Shown here: positions 30,201-42,000 of the stretch, in pieces
Layout of the letters: each line of letters begins with the position of its first letter
Position numbering within the stretch: position 1 is the first letter of the stretch
Virus record (IMG/VR): IMGVR_UViG_3300008108_007099
Coordinates: 1-64,000 of that record
Reading direction: 5' to 3' (one strand)
Length of the DNA stretch: 64,000 bases
Source of the DNA: a virus
The notes under the pieces: generated by a model
The model's input: the letters and a program-made list of their open reading frames with translations, nothing else
Told to the model about the DNA's origin: nothing
The model's database searches: none
Made by a program: the position numbers and the translations under genes

Positions 30201-31681
30201 ACATTGCTGGCACAACAGTTTCCGGCCAACTTGGTCTGAATGTTGTAACTTCTGCAAACATCGATGACGCAGCAGTAGTTTCCGGTAAGCTTGCAGCAAA
30301 CTCCGTTGCAGCAAGTAACATCGGCGCAGGCGAAGTTGTAAGCGGTAAGCTTGCTAACGACTCGGTCAACACAGCAAACATTACTGACAATGCAGTAGTC
30401 AGCGGCAAGATTGCTTCGGGATCTCTCGAATTTGTCAACATCGCAGGCACTACAGTTTCTGGCCAACTCGGCTTGAATGTTGTAACTTCTGCAAACATTG
30501 ATGACGCAGCCGTAGTTTCCGGTAAGCTTGCAGCAAACTCCGTTGCAGCTAGTAACATTGGTGCAGGCGAAGTTGTAAGCGGTAAACTCGCAACCGATTC
30601 GGTCAATACTGCAAACATTACAGATGCAGCAGTAGTTTCTGGCAAGCTAGCAGCTAACAGCGTTGCAGCAGGAAACATTGGTGCAGGCGAGGTTGTAAGT
30701 GGTAAGCTCGCAACTGACTCTGTAAACACAGCCAATATTACCGATGCAGCAGTTGTATCTGGCAAACTAGCAGCAAACAGCGTTGCAGCAGGCAACATTG
30801 GTGCTGGTGAAGTTGTTAGTGGCAAACTCGCAACTGACTCTGTTAACACAGCTAATATTACAGACGCAGCAGTTGTGTCTGGCAAGCTAGGTACTGGTGC
30901 TGTAACTACAAGCAATCTATCCAGTGGTGTAGTCACCAGTGGCTATATTGGTGATTCGGCTGTTCTAAGCGGAAACATAGGTTCTGGCCAAGTTGGACTA
31001 GTCCATCTTGCTAGCGGCACTGTAGATGCTCTTATCACAAGCGGTGTAATAGTGAGCGGCGACCTTGGTATCGGCGCTGTAAACAACCTCAATATTGCTA
31101 GCGGCACAATCAGCCAAGACAAGTTTGCTTCTGGAGCATTCTTTGTTCTAGATAATCCTGCTGATAACAGAATCGTTACAAGCTTGGCTTCTGGAACTAA
31201 TAGTGCTACCGCTGAAACAAACCTTACATTTAACGGTGGGGCATTAGCCTTCACTGGTGTAAGCGGAACAGTCTTTGCAGCACAAGACCTAACTCTAACA
31301 AGTGGTAACTTGCTAAATGTTTACAGTGGTACATTCACAGTAAGCAGCTACGGTTATACGCAGAACACTGCTTCTAGCTTTGCTGGACAGACTGCTTCCT
31401 TTGCTGCCTTCACACTTCCTGACACCTTAGCAACTGGCGCATTCTTCGAGTATGTCGCAATTGACACTGCAACTGGCGCTCGCAGAGCAGGAAATGTTAC
31501 CTGCGTATGGAACGCCGGGACAAATGGTGTTGAGTACCTTGAGACATCAACTATGGATTTAGGAGGAAGCACAACAGGTCTAATATTCAGCGCAGCAATT
31601 GCATCTGATGTTTTGACCTTGACCGCAAACATCACTGCTGGCACATGGACAATTAAGTTGTCCGCCAGAGTAATTGAATAA
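27230..31681 (+). CDS. Giant fibre-like repeat protein (1483 aa)
   Basis: 40-aa repeats DSVNTANITDAAVVSGKLAANSVAAGNIGAGEVVSGKLAT; YYPSG modules; AAGGAG SD. Confidence 0.75.
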   Translation: MVANNQLVSRTGIVITSGYTFNGVLADGLVNSGTINSGQIGQFHLSSGAVNSGQIGDNAIVGGSIASGTITGFNLASGTVANVNLVDPTMTLAGSSTALGGSWDPAALTTSSGLLAGTYYPSGALTIGIASGGISSELLADGSVVSGKLGSAAVTTSNLSSGVVTSGYIGDSAVLSGNIGSGQIGSIHFASGTVEGLIGSGSVQSGDLGLGAVNNENIASGTVANDKLVNSAITIAGSSTALGSSWAAEGLTFGDGLASGIYYPSGALTVQVASGGIITDMIADLAVTNDKLGGTSVTSDKIADYAVVSGKLASGAVSNLDIASGSIGNDRLMFPSINIAGSDTTLGGNWIAEGVTFASGLSELTYYPSGSAVVGIASGGVITNMIGDNVVTSGKLGAGAVNTDNIASGAVASGNLANGAVNTENLTDGAVVSGKLANDSVNTLNITDGAVVSGKLGTGAVTTSNLSSGVVTSGYIGDQAVLSGNIGSGQIGAIHFASGTVEGLIGSGSVTSGDLGIGAVNNENIASGTIANDKLANNSLTIGGATAALGSGVEYSSLSTSSGLLSATYYPSGALTIGIASGGISSELLADGSVVSGKLGTDSVNSANITDAAVVSGKLATDSVAAANIGAGEVVSGKLATDSVNTANITDAAVVSGKLATDSVAAANIGAGEVVSGKLATDSVNTANITDAAVVSGKLAANSVAAGNIGAGEVVSGKLATDSVNTANITDAAVVSGKLAANSVAAGNIGAGEVVSGKLATDSVNTANITDAAVVSGKLGTGAVTTSNLSSGVVTSGYIGDSAVLSGNIGSGQIGIIHLASGTVEGLIGSGSIGSGDLAIGAVNNENIASGTIANDKLANNSLTIGGATAALGSGVAYEALTIGAGLFGGTYYPSGAVTISIASGGVLSDMIYDAAVVSGKLGTDSVNSANITAAAVVSGKLAANSVAASNIGAGEVTSGKLANDSVNTANITDNAVVSGKIASGSLEFVNIAGTTVSGQLGLNVVTSANIDDAAVVSGKLAANSVAASNIGAGEVVSGKLANDSVNTANITDNAVVSGKIASGSLEFVNIAGTTVSGQLGLNVVTSANIDDAAVVSGKLAANSVAASNIGAGEVVSGKLATDSVNTANITDAAVVSGKLAANSVAAGNIGAGEVVSGKLATDSVNTANITDAAVVSGKLAANSVAAGNIGAGEVVSGKLATDSVNTANITDAAVVSGKLGTGAVTTSNLSSGVVTSGYIGDSAVLSGNIGSGQVGLVHLASGTVDALITSGVIVSGDLGIGAVNNLNIASGTISQDKFASGAFFVLDNPADNRIVTSLASGTNSATAETNLTFNGGALAFTGVSGTVFAAQDLTLTSGNLLNVYSGTFTVSSYGYTQNTASSFAGQTASFAAFTLPDTLATGAFFEYVAIDTATGARRAGNVTCVWNAGTNGVEYLETSTMDLGGSTTGLIFSAAIASDVLTLTANITAGTWTIKLSARVIE

Positions 31682-31735
31682 TAACAATACTGAACTGATA
31701 TATGAAGGTAACCAGATAGGAATATAGGGAAAACT

Positions 31736-34700
31736 ATGAGTCACGAATTAAAAGCTATAACTGGTCTATTCGTACCGAGCGGTTCATTGATCCAAGGGAC
31801 CTTAGCTTCCGGCACGGTTACTTCAGGTAGTATTGGCGCTGGTGCCGTTGTTAACGGCAACATCGCTTCAGGACAGGTTGGGACATTTCAGATAGCCTCT
31901 GGAGCAATAACGGGAAACCTTATTGCTTCAGGGGCTGTCGCCTCTGTTGACTTAGCAGATAATTCTGTAGTCAGCGGCAAAATCGCAAGTGGTTCAGTAT
32001 CGTGGTTTACTCTTGGAAGCGGAGTTGTTAATTCTGGTAATCTCGGAGTAAATTCTGTAGTAAGTGGCAATATAGCAAGTGGTGCGGTGGGTCTTTTCGG
32101 CTTGGCTTCTGGCGTTGTTGTTTCTGGTATAATTGGAAATAATGCAGTAAATAGCGGGAATATTTCGAGTGGTGCAGTTGGATTATATCAGCTTGGTGTA
32201 GCTTCTGGTACAGTAGAGGGAAAACAACTTACACTAGATGCCGATACCGGCATGTTAACTTGGCAAAGTCCACAGACAACAGTAGCCCGTGTGAAAAATG
32301 GCACAGCTGCTATTATTTCAGGTCTAGCTGTTGTTTACATTTCTGGTGGTGCTGGCGCAAATCCTTTTGTTGCACCAGCCCAAGCGAATGCGGACTTAAC
32401 CTCCTTAGCCACTTTCGGAGTAGCGGCTGCCAATATAGGAGCTAATGCCGAGGGAACTGTTGTAACTCAAGGCATTTTAACAAATGTAAATACAAGTGCT
32501 TTCAATGACGGCGATGTACTATTCTTAAGCCCAACTGTTGCAGGAGCAGTCACAAATGTAAAACCCCAAGCTCCTGACCACCTTGTTCTTATTGGCTATG
32601 TAACTAACGCAGCAAATAATGGCACAATTGAAGTTGCAATTCAAAACGGATATGAAATCGAAGAACTGCATGATGTAAAAATATTATCCGGTAGTTTGCA
32701 GTCCGGACAAATTCTACAATATAGCTCAGGCGTTTGGTGGAATCAAAACTTTGTTGCGGGCTCAACAAATCTAGGTAGCGGCTCTGTCACATCTGGTGCT
32801 ATCGCTTCTGGCCAAGTAGGACCTAGTGCTTTGGCTAGTGGTGTAATTGCAGGACTTATCGTTAGTGGTTCAGTACAAAGTGGCGATTTAGGTACTGGGG
32901 CAGTAAACAATATAAATATTTCTAGTGGTACGATTTCCAATGACAAGCTTGTAAATAACTCAATTACCATAGATGGCTCTTCCACTGCGCTAGGCGGCAG
33001 CTACTCTTCGCAGGCACTTACTACTTCTAGCGGACTGTTGGCCGGTACTTACTACCCATCTGGTTCTATTACAATAGGTATTGCCTCTGGCGGAATAGTA
33101 GCACAAATGATGGGCAGTGGTTCAATAACTGCCAATGCTATTGCGTCAGGTCAGGTTGGCCCAAATGCTTTGGCCAGTGGCGCTATTGCTGGACTTATTG
33201 CAAGTGGAGCTATTGGCAGTGGAGACTTGGGAATAGGCGCTGTAAATAATGAGAATATAACCTCTGGAACGGTTGCAAATGATAAGTTGGCAAATAGCAC
33301 CGTAACAATCGCAGGTTCAAGTACTGCTCTTGGAGGTTCTTGGGCTGCAGAAAGCCTTACGGCAGCCAGTGGGCTATCAGCAGTTACCTATTATCCTTCC
33401 GGAGCAGCAGTCATAGGAATAGCTTCCGGTGGTGTTATTGCTCAGATGCTTGCAAATGGTTCTGTAACATCAGGGGCAATTGCTTCTGGGCAAGTTGGCC
33501 CAAATGCATTGGCTAGCGGCGTAATTGCAGGCTTAATAGTAAGCGGATCGGTACAAAGTGGCGATTTAGGACTTGGCGCTGTCAACAACGAAAATATTGC
33601 CAGTGGCACTATAGCTAATGACAAACTCGCAAATAACTCAATTACTATTGATGGCGCTTTAACTGCTCTAGGCGGAACGCGCAGCTCATTAGCCCTGACA
33701 ACATCTAGCGGCTTACTTGCCGGTACATATTATCCATCTGGAGCCTTGACAATTGGCATAGCTTCCGGTGGCATCACCAGTCAGTTGCTTGCCGATGGGG
33801 CTGTAAACACTAATGATATTGCTTCTGGCGCAGTAGGAACAAATCAAATAGCATCTGGAGCGGTTACTGGCACTAATATTGCCGCGACCACAGTTGCAAA
33901 TACAAATTTAGTAAACAGCACAGTTACGATTGCGGGTTCTTCCACTGCACTTGGCGCTTCTTGGGCAGCAGCCGCTCTTACGACAAGTAGCGGATTACTT
34001 GCTGGAACATATTATCCTTCTGGTGCGCTGACAATTGGAATTGCATCTGGCGGCATAGTTGCCCAAATGATGGGCAGCGGTTCGGTCACAAGCAACGCAA
34101 TTGCATCTGGCCAAGTAGGAACATTTGCACTAGCCAGCGGTTTAATAACAGGATTGATTGTCAGCGGTTCAGTACAAAGTGGAGACCTTGGTCTTGGTGC
34201 TGTAAATAATGAAAACATAGCTTCTGGAACTGTTGCTAATGACAAATTGACAAATAGCACAGTCACAATTGCCGGTTCAAGTACTGCTCTTGGAGGTTCT
34301 TGGGCGGCAGCAGCATTAACTACCGCAAGCGGCTTGCTTGCCGGCACATACTATCCATCTGGCGCGCTCACCATTGGCATAGCATCTGGTGGAATTACAA
34401 GCCAAATGCTTGCCGATGCATCTGTTACAACAAATGACATTGCTTCTGGTGCAGTAGGAACGAATCAAATAGCTTCAGGGGCAGTAACCGGAACCAACAT
34501 TGCTGCAACAACCGTTGCAAATACAAATTTAGTAAACAGCGCAATTACAATAGCTGGTTCTTCTACATCTTTAGGTGGAACTTGGGCAGCCGCTGCACTC
34601 ACAACAAGTAGCGGATTACTTGCCGGCACATATTATCCATCAGGTTCGCTTACAATCGGAATTGCTTCCGGCGGCATAGTTGCACAAATGATGGGAAGCG

Positions 34701-36031
34701 GATCGGTAAATAGCAACGCAATTGCTTCAGGACAGGTAGGGCCTTTTGCGTTGGCTAGTGGCGTAGTTGCCGGGTTAATTGGAAGTGGTTCAGTACAAAG
34801 CGGAGACCTTGGTCTTGGTGCTGTCAATAATGAAAATATTTCAAGTGGAACTGTTGCTAATGACAAATTGACAAATAGCACAGTCACAATTGCCGGTTCA
34901 AGTACTGCTCTAGGTGGCACTTGGGCAGCCCAAAGTCTAACAGCAGCCAGTGGCTTATCAGCCGTTACTTATTATCCCTCTGGAGCAGCTGTCATAGGAA
35001 TTGCATCAGGTGGCGTATCATCTGGAATGCTTGCTAATGGATCAGTAGTTAGTGGCTCTATAGGTTCTGGTCAAATTGGACAGTTCCACTTAGCTAGCGG
35101 TGCCGCTAATTTGCTTCTCACTAGTGGAATAGTAGTGAGCGGCATGGTTGGAAATGCTGCTGTTACTAGTGGTAGCATTGCCAGTGGCTCTATCGGACAA
35201 ATGCACCTCAGCCAGCTTTTGATTCCCAAAATGCAAGCTCCCGGCAGACTTTCACTCTATAGTGGTGCTCCTGTTGTAAGCGGCGGATACATAAGCGGCG
35301 CAAACAAATTATACTACAATCCTTACAACGGAAGTACTATATCTCTGTTCGATGGCGTTTCATGGTTAGAATATGAAATTAATCAGCCAGTCATGCTAGA
35401 TTTGAATACTGGCTTGCAATCCGGAACCATGTATGACATTTTCATGTTTGGAAATGCCGGAATATCTGGTTCACCATCTTTAGCAGCGGTCAACTGGACA
35501 AGTGGCGGAAACAGAGCGCCAATAGTATATCAAAATGGAATACCTTTAAGCCAATTTACAGGCGGAAGATATTTAGGAACTATTAGAACAACAACAAGTT
35601 CTACGTCTGAAGATAGTCCATACAGAAGATTTGTATGGAACTATGATAACAGAATTACAAATACTTTATATTACACTGACAGCACTCAGCACACTTACAA
35701 CAGTCCTACACCTAGAGTGTGGAACCTGAATTCCGGTTCACGACTTGAATTTATACAGGGCGTAGCTGGCATAGGTGCGTCTACCTCATGTTTTGTAGCC
35801 AGCTACGTGACTCCCGGTGCAACTAGTATTTGCAGCTTTGAGAGTGACGGAGTCTTCAGCGGAACTAACTACAATGTTTTCAATACATTTACTGGTTTGT
35901 TCTGGTCACAAAGCATGCTAATGGTAGGAAATTGCAATGAAGGATATAATTACCTCCAATTGATGGAATCATGCCAGAGTGGAACAGTAACGAATGTGTC
36001 TATGACTTTAACAGGGACAATAGAGGTTTAA
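31736..36031 (+). CDS. Giant fibre-like repeat protein (1431 aa) with C-terminal phage tail-fibre-associated domain
   Basis: IASG and YYPSG modules; internal domain ending NGYEIEELHDV; C-terminal GRLSL.SG.PV...YLGTIRT...RRFVWNYDNR. Confidence 0.75.
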   Translation: MSHELKAITGLFVPSGSLIQGTLASGTVTSGSIGAGAVVNGNIASGQVGTFQIASGAITGNLIASGAVASVDLADNSVVSGKIASGSVSWFTLGSGVVNSGNLGVNSVVSGNIASGAVGLFGLASGVVVSGIIGNNAVNSGNISSGAVGLYQLGVASGTVEGKQLTLDADTGMLTWQSPQTTVARVKNGTAAIISGLAVVYISGGAGANPFVAPAQANADLTSLATFGVAAANIGANAEGTVVTQGILTNVNTSAFNDGDVLFLSPTVAGAVTNVKPQAPDHLVLIGYVTNAANNGTIEVAIQNGYEIEELHDVKILSGSLQSGQILQYSSGVWWNQNFVAGSTNLGSGSVTSGAIASGQVGPSALASGVIAGLIVSGSVQSGDLGTGAVNNINISSGTISNDKLVNNSITIDGSSTALGGSYSSQALTTSSGLLAGTYYPSGSITIGIASGGIVAQMMGSGSITANAIASGQVGPNALASGAIAGLIASGAIGSGDLGIGAVNNENITSGTVANDKLANSTVTIAGSSTALGGSWAAESLTAASGLSAVTYYPSGAAVIGIASGGVIAQMLANGSVTSGAIASGQVGPNALASGVIAGLIVSGSVQSGDLGLGAVNNENIASGTIANDKLANNSITIDGALTALGGTRSSLALTTSSGLLAGTYYPSGALTIGIASGGITSQLLADGAVNTNDIASGAVGTNQIASGAVTGTNIAATTVANTNLVNSTVTIAGSSTALGASWAAAALTTSSGLLAGTYYPSGALTIGIASGGIVAQMMGSGSVTSNAIASGQVGTFALASGLITGLIVSGSVQSGDLGLGAVNNENIASGTVANDKLTNSTVTIAGSSTALGGSWAAAALTTASGLLAGTYYPSGALTIGIASGGITSQMLADASVTTNDIASGAVGTNQIASGAVTGTNIAATTVANTNLVNSAITIAGSSTSLGGTWAAAALTTSSGLLAGTYYPSGSLTIGIASGGIVAQMMGSGSVNSNAIASGQVGPFALASGVVAGLIGSGSVQSGDLGLGAVNNENISSGTVANDKLTNSTVTIAGSSTALGGTWAAQSLTAASGLSAVTYYPSGAAVIGIASGGVSSGMLANGSVVSGSIGSGQIGQFHLASGAANLLLTSGIVVSGMVGNAAVTSGSIASGSIGQMHLSQLLIPKMQAPGRLSLYSGAPVVSGGYISGANKLYYNPYNGSTISLFDGVSWLEYEINQPVMLDLNTGLQSGTMYDIFMFGNAGISGSPSLAAVNWTSGGNRAPIVYQNGIPLSQFTGGRYLGTIRTTTSSTSEDSPYRRFVWNYDNRITNTLYYTDSTQHTYNSPTPRVWNLNSGSRLEFIQGVAGIGASTSCFVASYVTPGATSICSFESDGVFSGTNYNVFNTFTGLFWSQSMLMVGNCNEGYNYLQLMESCQSGTVTNVSMTLTGTIEV

Positions 36032-36034
36032 AAA

Positions 36035-39000
36035 ATGGCTGTATATACACTACAACAGTTCAACGATGCGGTCGCTGCGGTTTGCCCAATTACGGGTGTA
36101 ACAGTAAGTGGCAATGGCGTGTTGGGATATTTCCCAGCCGCTGGAGCTACATCAGGACAGCTTTCTGCTGCTAATGGCGTTGTTGCTACTTACAGCGGAC
36201 AAGTAACAAGCGGAACACCTCAAGGACCAGTTGCTTCTGGCAGCTTCAATGCGGCCATTTTGTTCAGCGGCACAGTCGTATCTCCAAACATGGGAAGCGG
36301 CTCAATCTTATCAAATTCAATTGGTTCTGGTGCTGTTACTTCTCCAAAATTAGACGTTGGTGCTGTAGGCGCAAACGCCATCGCATCTGGTGCAATTACT
36401 AGCGGTAAATTAGCAGATAACGCCGTTTTCGGCAACATGGTTGCCTCTGGTGCAATTACAGCAAATAAACTTGGCATTGCATCAGTAATGAATTTAAATT
36501 TGAGCAGTGGTTCAATTACTAATGACAAGCTGGTTAATAGCACTGTCACTATTGCTGGTTCATCTACAGCATTGGGTGGTTCTTGGGCTGCACAAAGCTT
36601 GACAGCTGCCAGCGGATTGTCATCGGTAACTTATTATCCTTCCGGCACAGCCATATTTGGAATTGCATCTGGCGGCATCGTTGCTCAAATGATGGGCAGT
36701 GGTTCAGTAACTACAAATGCTATAGCTAGCGGATCTATCACGGCAAATCTTTTGGCAAGCGGAGCTGTAACCGACATTGTTGGAAGTGGTTCTGTGACAA
36801 GTGGCGATGTCGGCATCGGCGCAATTAACAACTTGAATATTGCTTCAGGCACAATAAGCAACGATAAATTAGTAAACAGCGCGGTTACAATTAACGGAGC
36901 TTCCACAGCACTTGGAGGTTCTTACAATAATTCTACACTTACTTTAGGCGCGGGATTAGCCGGTGGTTCCTACAACGGTTCTGGTGCTGTAACAGCAAGT
37001 GTTGCTTCGGGCGGAATTACTAGCCAGATGTTGGCAGATTCTGCAGTTGCATCTGGTGATGTCGCTATTGGAGCAATAAATAACCAAAACATAGCTTCTG
37101 GCACAGTTGCAAATGACAAATTAACAAATAATTCAGTAACAATTGCAGGAAGTTCTACAGCATTAGGTGGAAGCTGGGCAGCACAAAGCCTAGTTCATGC
37201 TAGCGGTCTTTCCGCTGTAACTTATTATCCCTCTGGCTCGGCTGTAGTAGGTATTGCTTCTGGCGGTATCGTTGCTCAAATGATGGGTAGTGGATCTGTA
37301 ACTGCCAATGCTATTGCTAGCGGTTCAGTTACTGCCGACGCCTTGGCTAGCGGTGCTATTTCGGCGATAGTTGGAAGTGGCGCAATCACTAGCGGAGACT
37401 TAGGACTTGGCGCAGTAAATAATTTAAATGTTGCATCAGGAACTCTGTCAAACGACAAGCTTGTAAATAGCAGCGTTACAATCGCTGGATCTTCTACAGC
37501 TTTAGGTGGGTCTTGGGCTGCTTCCGCTCTAACAACTGCATCTGGATTGCTTGCCGGAACTTATTATCCATCAGGTTCACTGACAATTGGAATTGCTTCC
37601 GGAGGCATTACTAGCGAGCTTCTCGCTGATGGCTCAGTAAATACAAACGATATTGCTTCCGGTGCAGTCGGAACAAATCAAATAGCATCCGGTGCTATTA
37701 CTGGCACATCCATATCATCTGGAGCTATTACAGGTGCAAATATTGCTTCTGGCACTATTACAGGAAGTAAGCTAGCTGCCGCAACGGTACAAAACGCTAA
37801 TCTCGCAAATTCATCTATAAACATAGCTGCTCTAAATGTGCCACTAGGCGGGTCTTGGACTCCACAAGCCTTAACCACCGCTAGCGGTTTGCTGGCTGGA
37901 ACATTTTATGTAAGTGGTGCGCTAACCATTGGTATAGCTTCTGGCGGAATTACAAGTCAGCTAATAGCCGATGGGGCTGTTAATACAAATGACATTGCTT
38001 CTGGAGCAGTTGGAACTAACCAAATTGCATCAGGTGCTGTCACCGGAACAAACATAGCCGCAACAACTGTTGCTAATGCAAACCTCGTCAACAGCGCTGT
38101 AACTATCGCTGGTTCCTCAACGAGCTTGGGCGGTTCTTGGGCAGCTCAATCCTTGGTACATGCTAGCGGTCTTTCTGCTGTAACCTATTACCCATCCGGT
38201 TCTGCTGTAGTTGGCATTGCTTCCGGTGGCATAGTTGCCCAAATGATGGGCAGCGGGTCAGTCACTGCCAACGCAATCGCAAGCGGTTCGGTTACTGCCG
38301 ATGCTCTTGCTAGTGGCGCAATATCCGCCATCGTTGGCAGCGGTGCAATTACTAGTGGCGACTTAGGAATTGGCGCTGTCAACAATCTGAATATTGCTTC
38401 AGGCACCGTAGCCAATGACAAACTTGCAAATAGTACAGTAACCATTGCAGGTTCCAGCACCTCCCTAGGTGGTAGCTGGGCTGCAGCAGCACTTACAACA
38501 GCTAGCGGATTGGCCGCAGGAACATATTACCCGTCAGGCGCTTTGACAATAGGCATTGCTACTAACGGAGTAGTCACAGCTATGATTGCTTCTGGTGCAG
38601 TGGGGACTAATCAAATTGCTTCAGGTGCTGTCACCGGAACAAATATAGCAGCAACAACTGTTGCCAATGCAAACCTCGTTAACAGCGCTGTAACTATCGC
38701 TGGTTCCTCAACGAGCTTGGGCGGTTCTTGGGCAGCTGCAGCACTTACAACATCTAGCGGATTGCTTGCTGGCACATATTATCCATCAGGCGCACTGACT
38801 ATAGGATTAGCTTCCGGCGGAATTACAAGCCAATTGATTGCTGACGGTGCTGTTGGAACAAACGAGCTTGCCACAAGTGCAGTGACTAATGACAAAATTA
38901 CAAGTGGTACTGTTGCTAATGACAAACTTGCTAATAGCAGCGTAACCATAGCAGGCTCCTCTACTGCTCTAGGCGGTAGCTGGGCAGCCCAAAGTTTGAC

Positions 39001-42000
39001 GGCAGCAAGCGGTCTTTCATCAGTTACTTACTATCCTTCTGGATCGGCTGTAATTGGAATAGCTTCTGGCGGAATCGTTGCACAGATGATGGGTAGCGGT
39101 TCTGTCACCACAAATGCAATTGCTAGCGGTTCTGTCACCACAAATGCATTAGCAAGCGGAGCAATTTCAGCAATCGTTGGAAGCGGAGCAATTACTAGCG
39201 GCGATTTAGGAATCGCAACTGTGAATAACTTAAACATAGTAAGTGGAACCATAAGCAACGATAAACTTGTAAATAGCTCAATCACTATCAATGGTGCATC
39301 AACAGCACTAGGTGGAAGTTATGCTAACGCTGCCTTGACACTGGGCACTGGTCTCACAGGTGGTTCATATAATGGTTCAGGTGCAGTCACTGCAGCTATC
39401 GCTTCGGGCGGTATTACAAACGAAATGATTGCAGACAATGCAATCACTACAAATGACATAGCTTCTGGTCAAGTAACTGGAGCCAAGATTGCTGCAACCA
39501 CAGTGGCAAATGCTAATTTGGTCAATAGCGCAGTCACAATTGCAGGTTCTTCCACTGCACTAGGTGGTAGCTGGGCCGCAGCAGCTTTAACTACCGCAAG
39601 CGGACTAGCAGCAGGAACTTATTATCCTTCAGGCGCTCTTACCATAGGAATTGCAACAGCTGGCGTAGTAAATGCGATGATTGCTAGTGGAGCGGTCACA
39701 GGCACAAGCATAGCCGCTTCAACTGTAGCAAATGCGAACTTAGTAAATAGTGCTGTAACAATTGCAGGTTCTTCAACATCCTTGGGTGGTTCTTGGGCTG
39801 CTCAAGCACTTACAACTGCCAGTGGTTTATTGGCAGGAACTTACTATCCATCTGGAGCACTCACTATTGGTTTAGCATCCGGTGGAATTACAAGTCAATT
39901 AATTGCAGATGGGGCCGTTGGAACAAACGAGCTTGCCACAAGTGCAGTAACTAACGACAAAATTACAAGCGGAACTGTTGCTAATGACAAACTTGCAAAC
40001 AGCACAGTCACAATCGCTGGCTCGTCTACTGCCTTAGGTGGAAGCTGGGCTGCACAAAGTCTAACTGCCGCAAGCGGTTTATCTGCTGTAACATATTATC
40101 CTTCCGGAGCGGCTGTTATAGGCATCGCTTCTGGTGGAATTATAGCACAAATGATGGGTAGTGGTTCTGTAACTGCTAATGCAATCGCTAGCGGTTCGGT
40201 TACTGCAAATGCACTAGCTAGCGGAGCAATATCAGCCATAGTTGGTAGTGGTGCAATTACCAGTGGAGATTTGGGAATTGGTGCAATTAATAATCTAAAC
40301 ATATCCAGCGGAACAATTAGCAACGATAAGCTTGCAAATAGCTCTATTACAATTAACGGCGCTTCAACAGCGCTTGGTGGCAGCTATGCAAATGCCGCTC
40401 TAACACTTGGAACTGGCTTAACTGGTGGTTCATACAATGGATCAGGTGCCGTAACTGCAGCTATAGCTTCCGGTGGCATAACAGGAGAAATGATTGCTGA
40501 CAACGCAATCACAACAAATGATATTGCGTCGGGACAGGTTACAGGAGCCAAGATTGCCGCAAGCACTGTGGCAAATGCAAATCTTGCAAACAGCACAATT
40601 ACAATCGCTGGATCTTCTACCGCCTTAGGCGCAAGCTGGGCAGCAGCAGCCCTAACAACTTCTAGCGGCTTGACTGCTGGTACTTACTATCCTTCAGGCG
40701 CTCTTACCATAGGGATTGCATCTGGCGGCATCGTTGCCCAAATGATGGGAAGTGGATCAGTTCTATCGGGTGCAATTGGCTCAGGGCAAATTGGGCCAAA
40801 TCATTTATCTTCCGGAATTAGCGTTACCACTGCCACAAAAATAAGTATAGAGGGAACAAACGCCAGCGGTCTATATCCTGTAGTATTTACAAGTGGCATC
40901 GCTAGTAGCAACCAAGCCTATTCATGCTCTGGACTATTTTACAATCCGGCACTCAGAAGCCTTGATATAGTTTGTTATTTGAGCGGCGGTACAACCGGTG
41001 GCGTTTCAATATTCCCCGGCAACAATGGTACAGCAACGATTGTGGGTCAAAATGCAGCCAGAAACGGTGCCAGTACTGGTGCATTCAGCACTATTATTGG
41101 CAGGGATGCACTTGCAAGCGGATCATCGGAGGCCAACAGCGTTATTATAGGATATAGGGCAGCATGGGGATCACAAGGTACCGGCGATAACGTTATAATC
41201 GGCAAAGAGGCCGCAGCAAACGCTGTGGGAACTAGTTTAAGCGTTCTTATAGGTGATTCTGTTGCAAGTAGAGGATTTGGGAATGGTACTTTTGGTAACG
41301 TTGCTATCGGTGCCGCAGCTGGTACGACTGCTGATGGCGTATTAATGTATGAAAGTGTGCATGTTGGAAGGCAAGCCGGCTCAGCTGGCCCTGCATTAGC
41401 CAGCGGCACAAGTGGTGGTAGTAATATTTACTTAGGCGCATATACCATGCGTGGTAGCGACGGTGGTCGTTGGAACGAAATAGTAATTGGCTGCAATATG
41501 AGTGGCCTTGGTACTAACACCATCACTATGGGACGAACTGATACTGCTTCCGGTAGAATTTATGGAAATATCAACTTCCCATATGGAATTTCGTTCCCAT
41601 CCGGCGGTATCACATCAGGTGGTGTTTTCACAGCTTCCCTAGGATCTGGATTGGTCCGAAGTGGAGCTATAAGCTCTGGTCAGATAGGAATAAATCATCT
41701 CGCTGCAGGCGCATGGTCTGCCAACCAAGTCTTAGGTCAAGATGGCGCAGGCAATCTAGACTGGATTACACCAACTACAACAGTGAATAGTGGTGGAATT
41801 ACTAGCGGCATGCTAGGAATTGCTTCAGTAAACAATATCAACATTGTTTCTGGAACCATAAGCAACGATAAACTTGCCAACAGTGCCGTCACAATCGCTG
41901 GTTCTTCAACATCCTTGGGTGGTTCTTGGGCCGCACAAGCTCTGATACATGCCAGTGGTCTATCTGCCGTCACTTATTATCCTTCTGGACAGGCCGTTGT

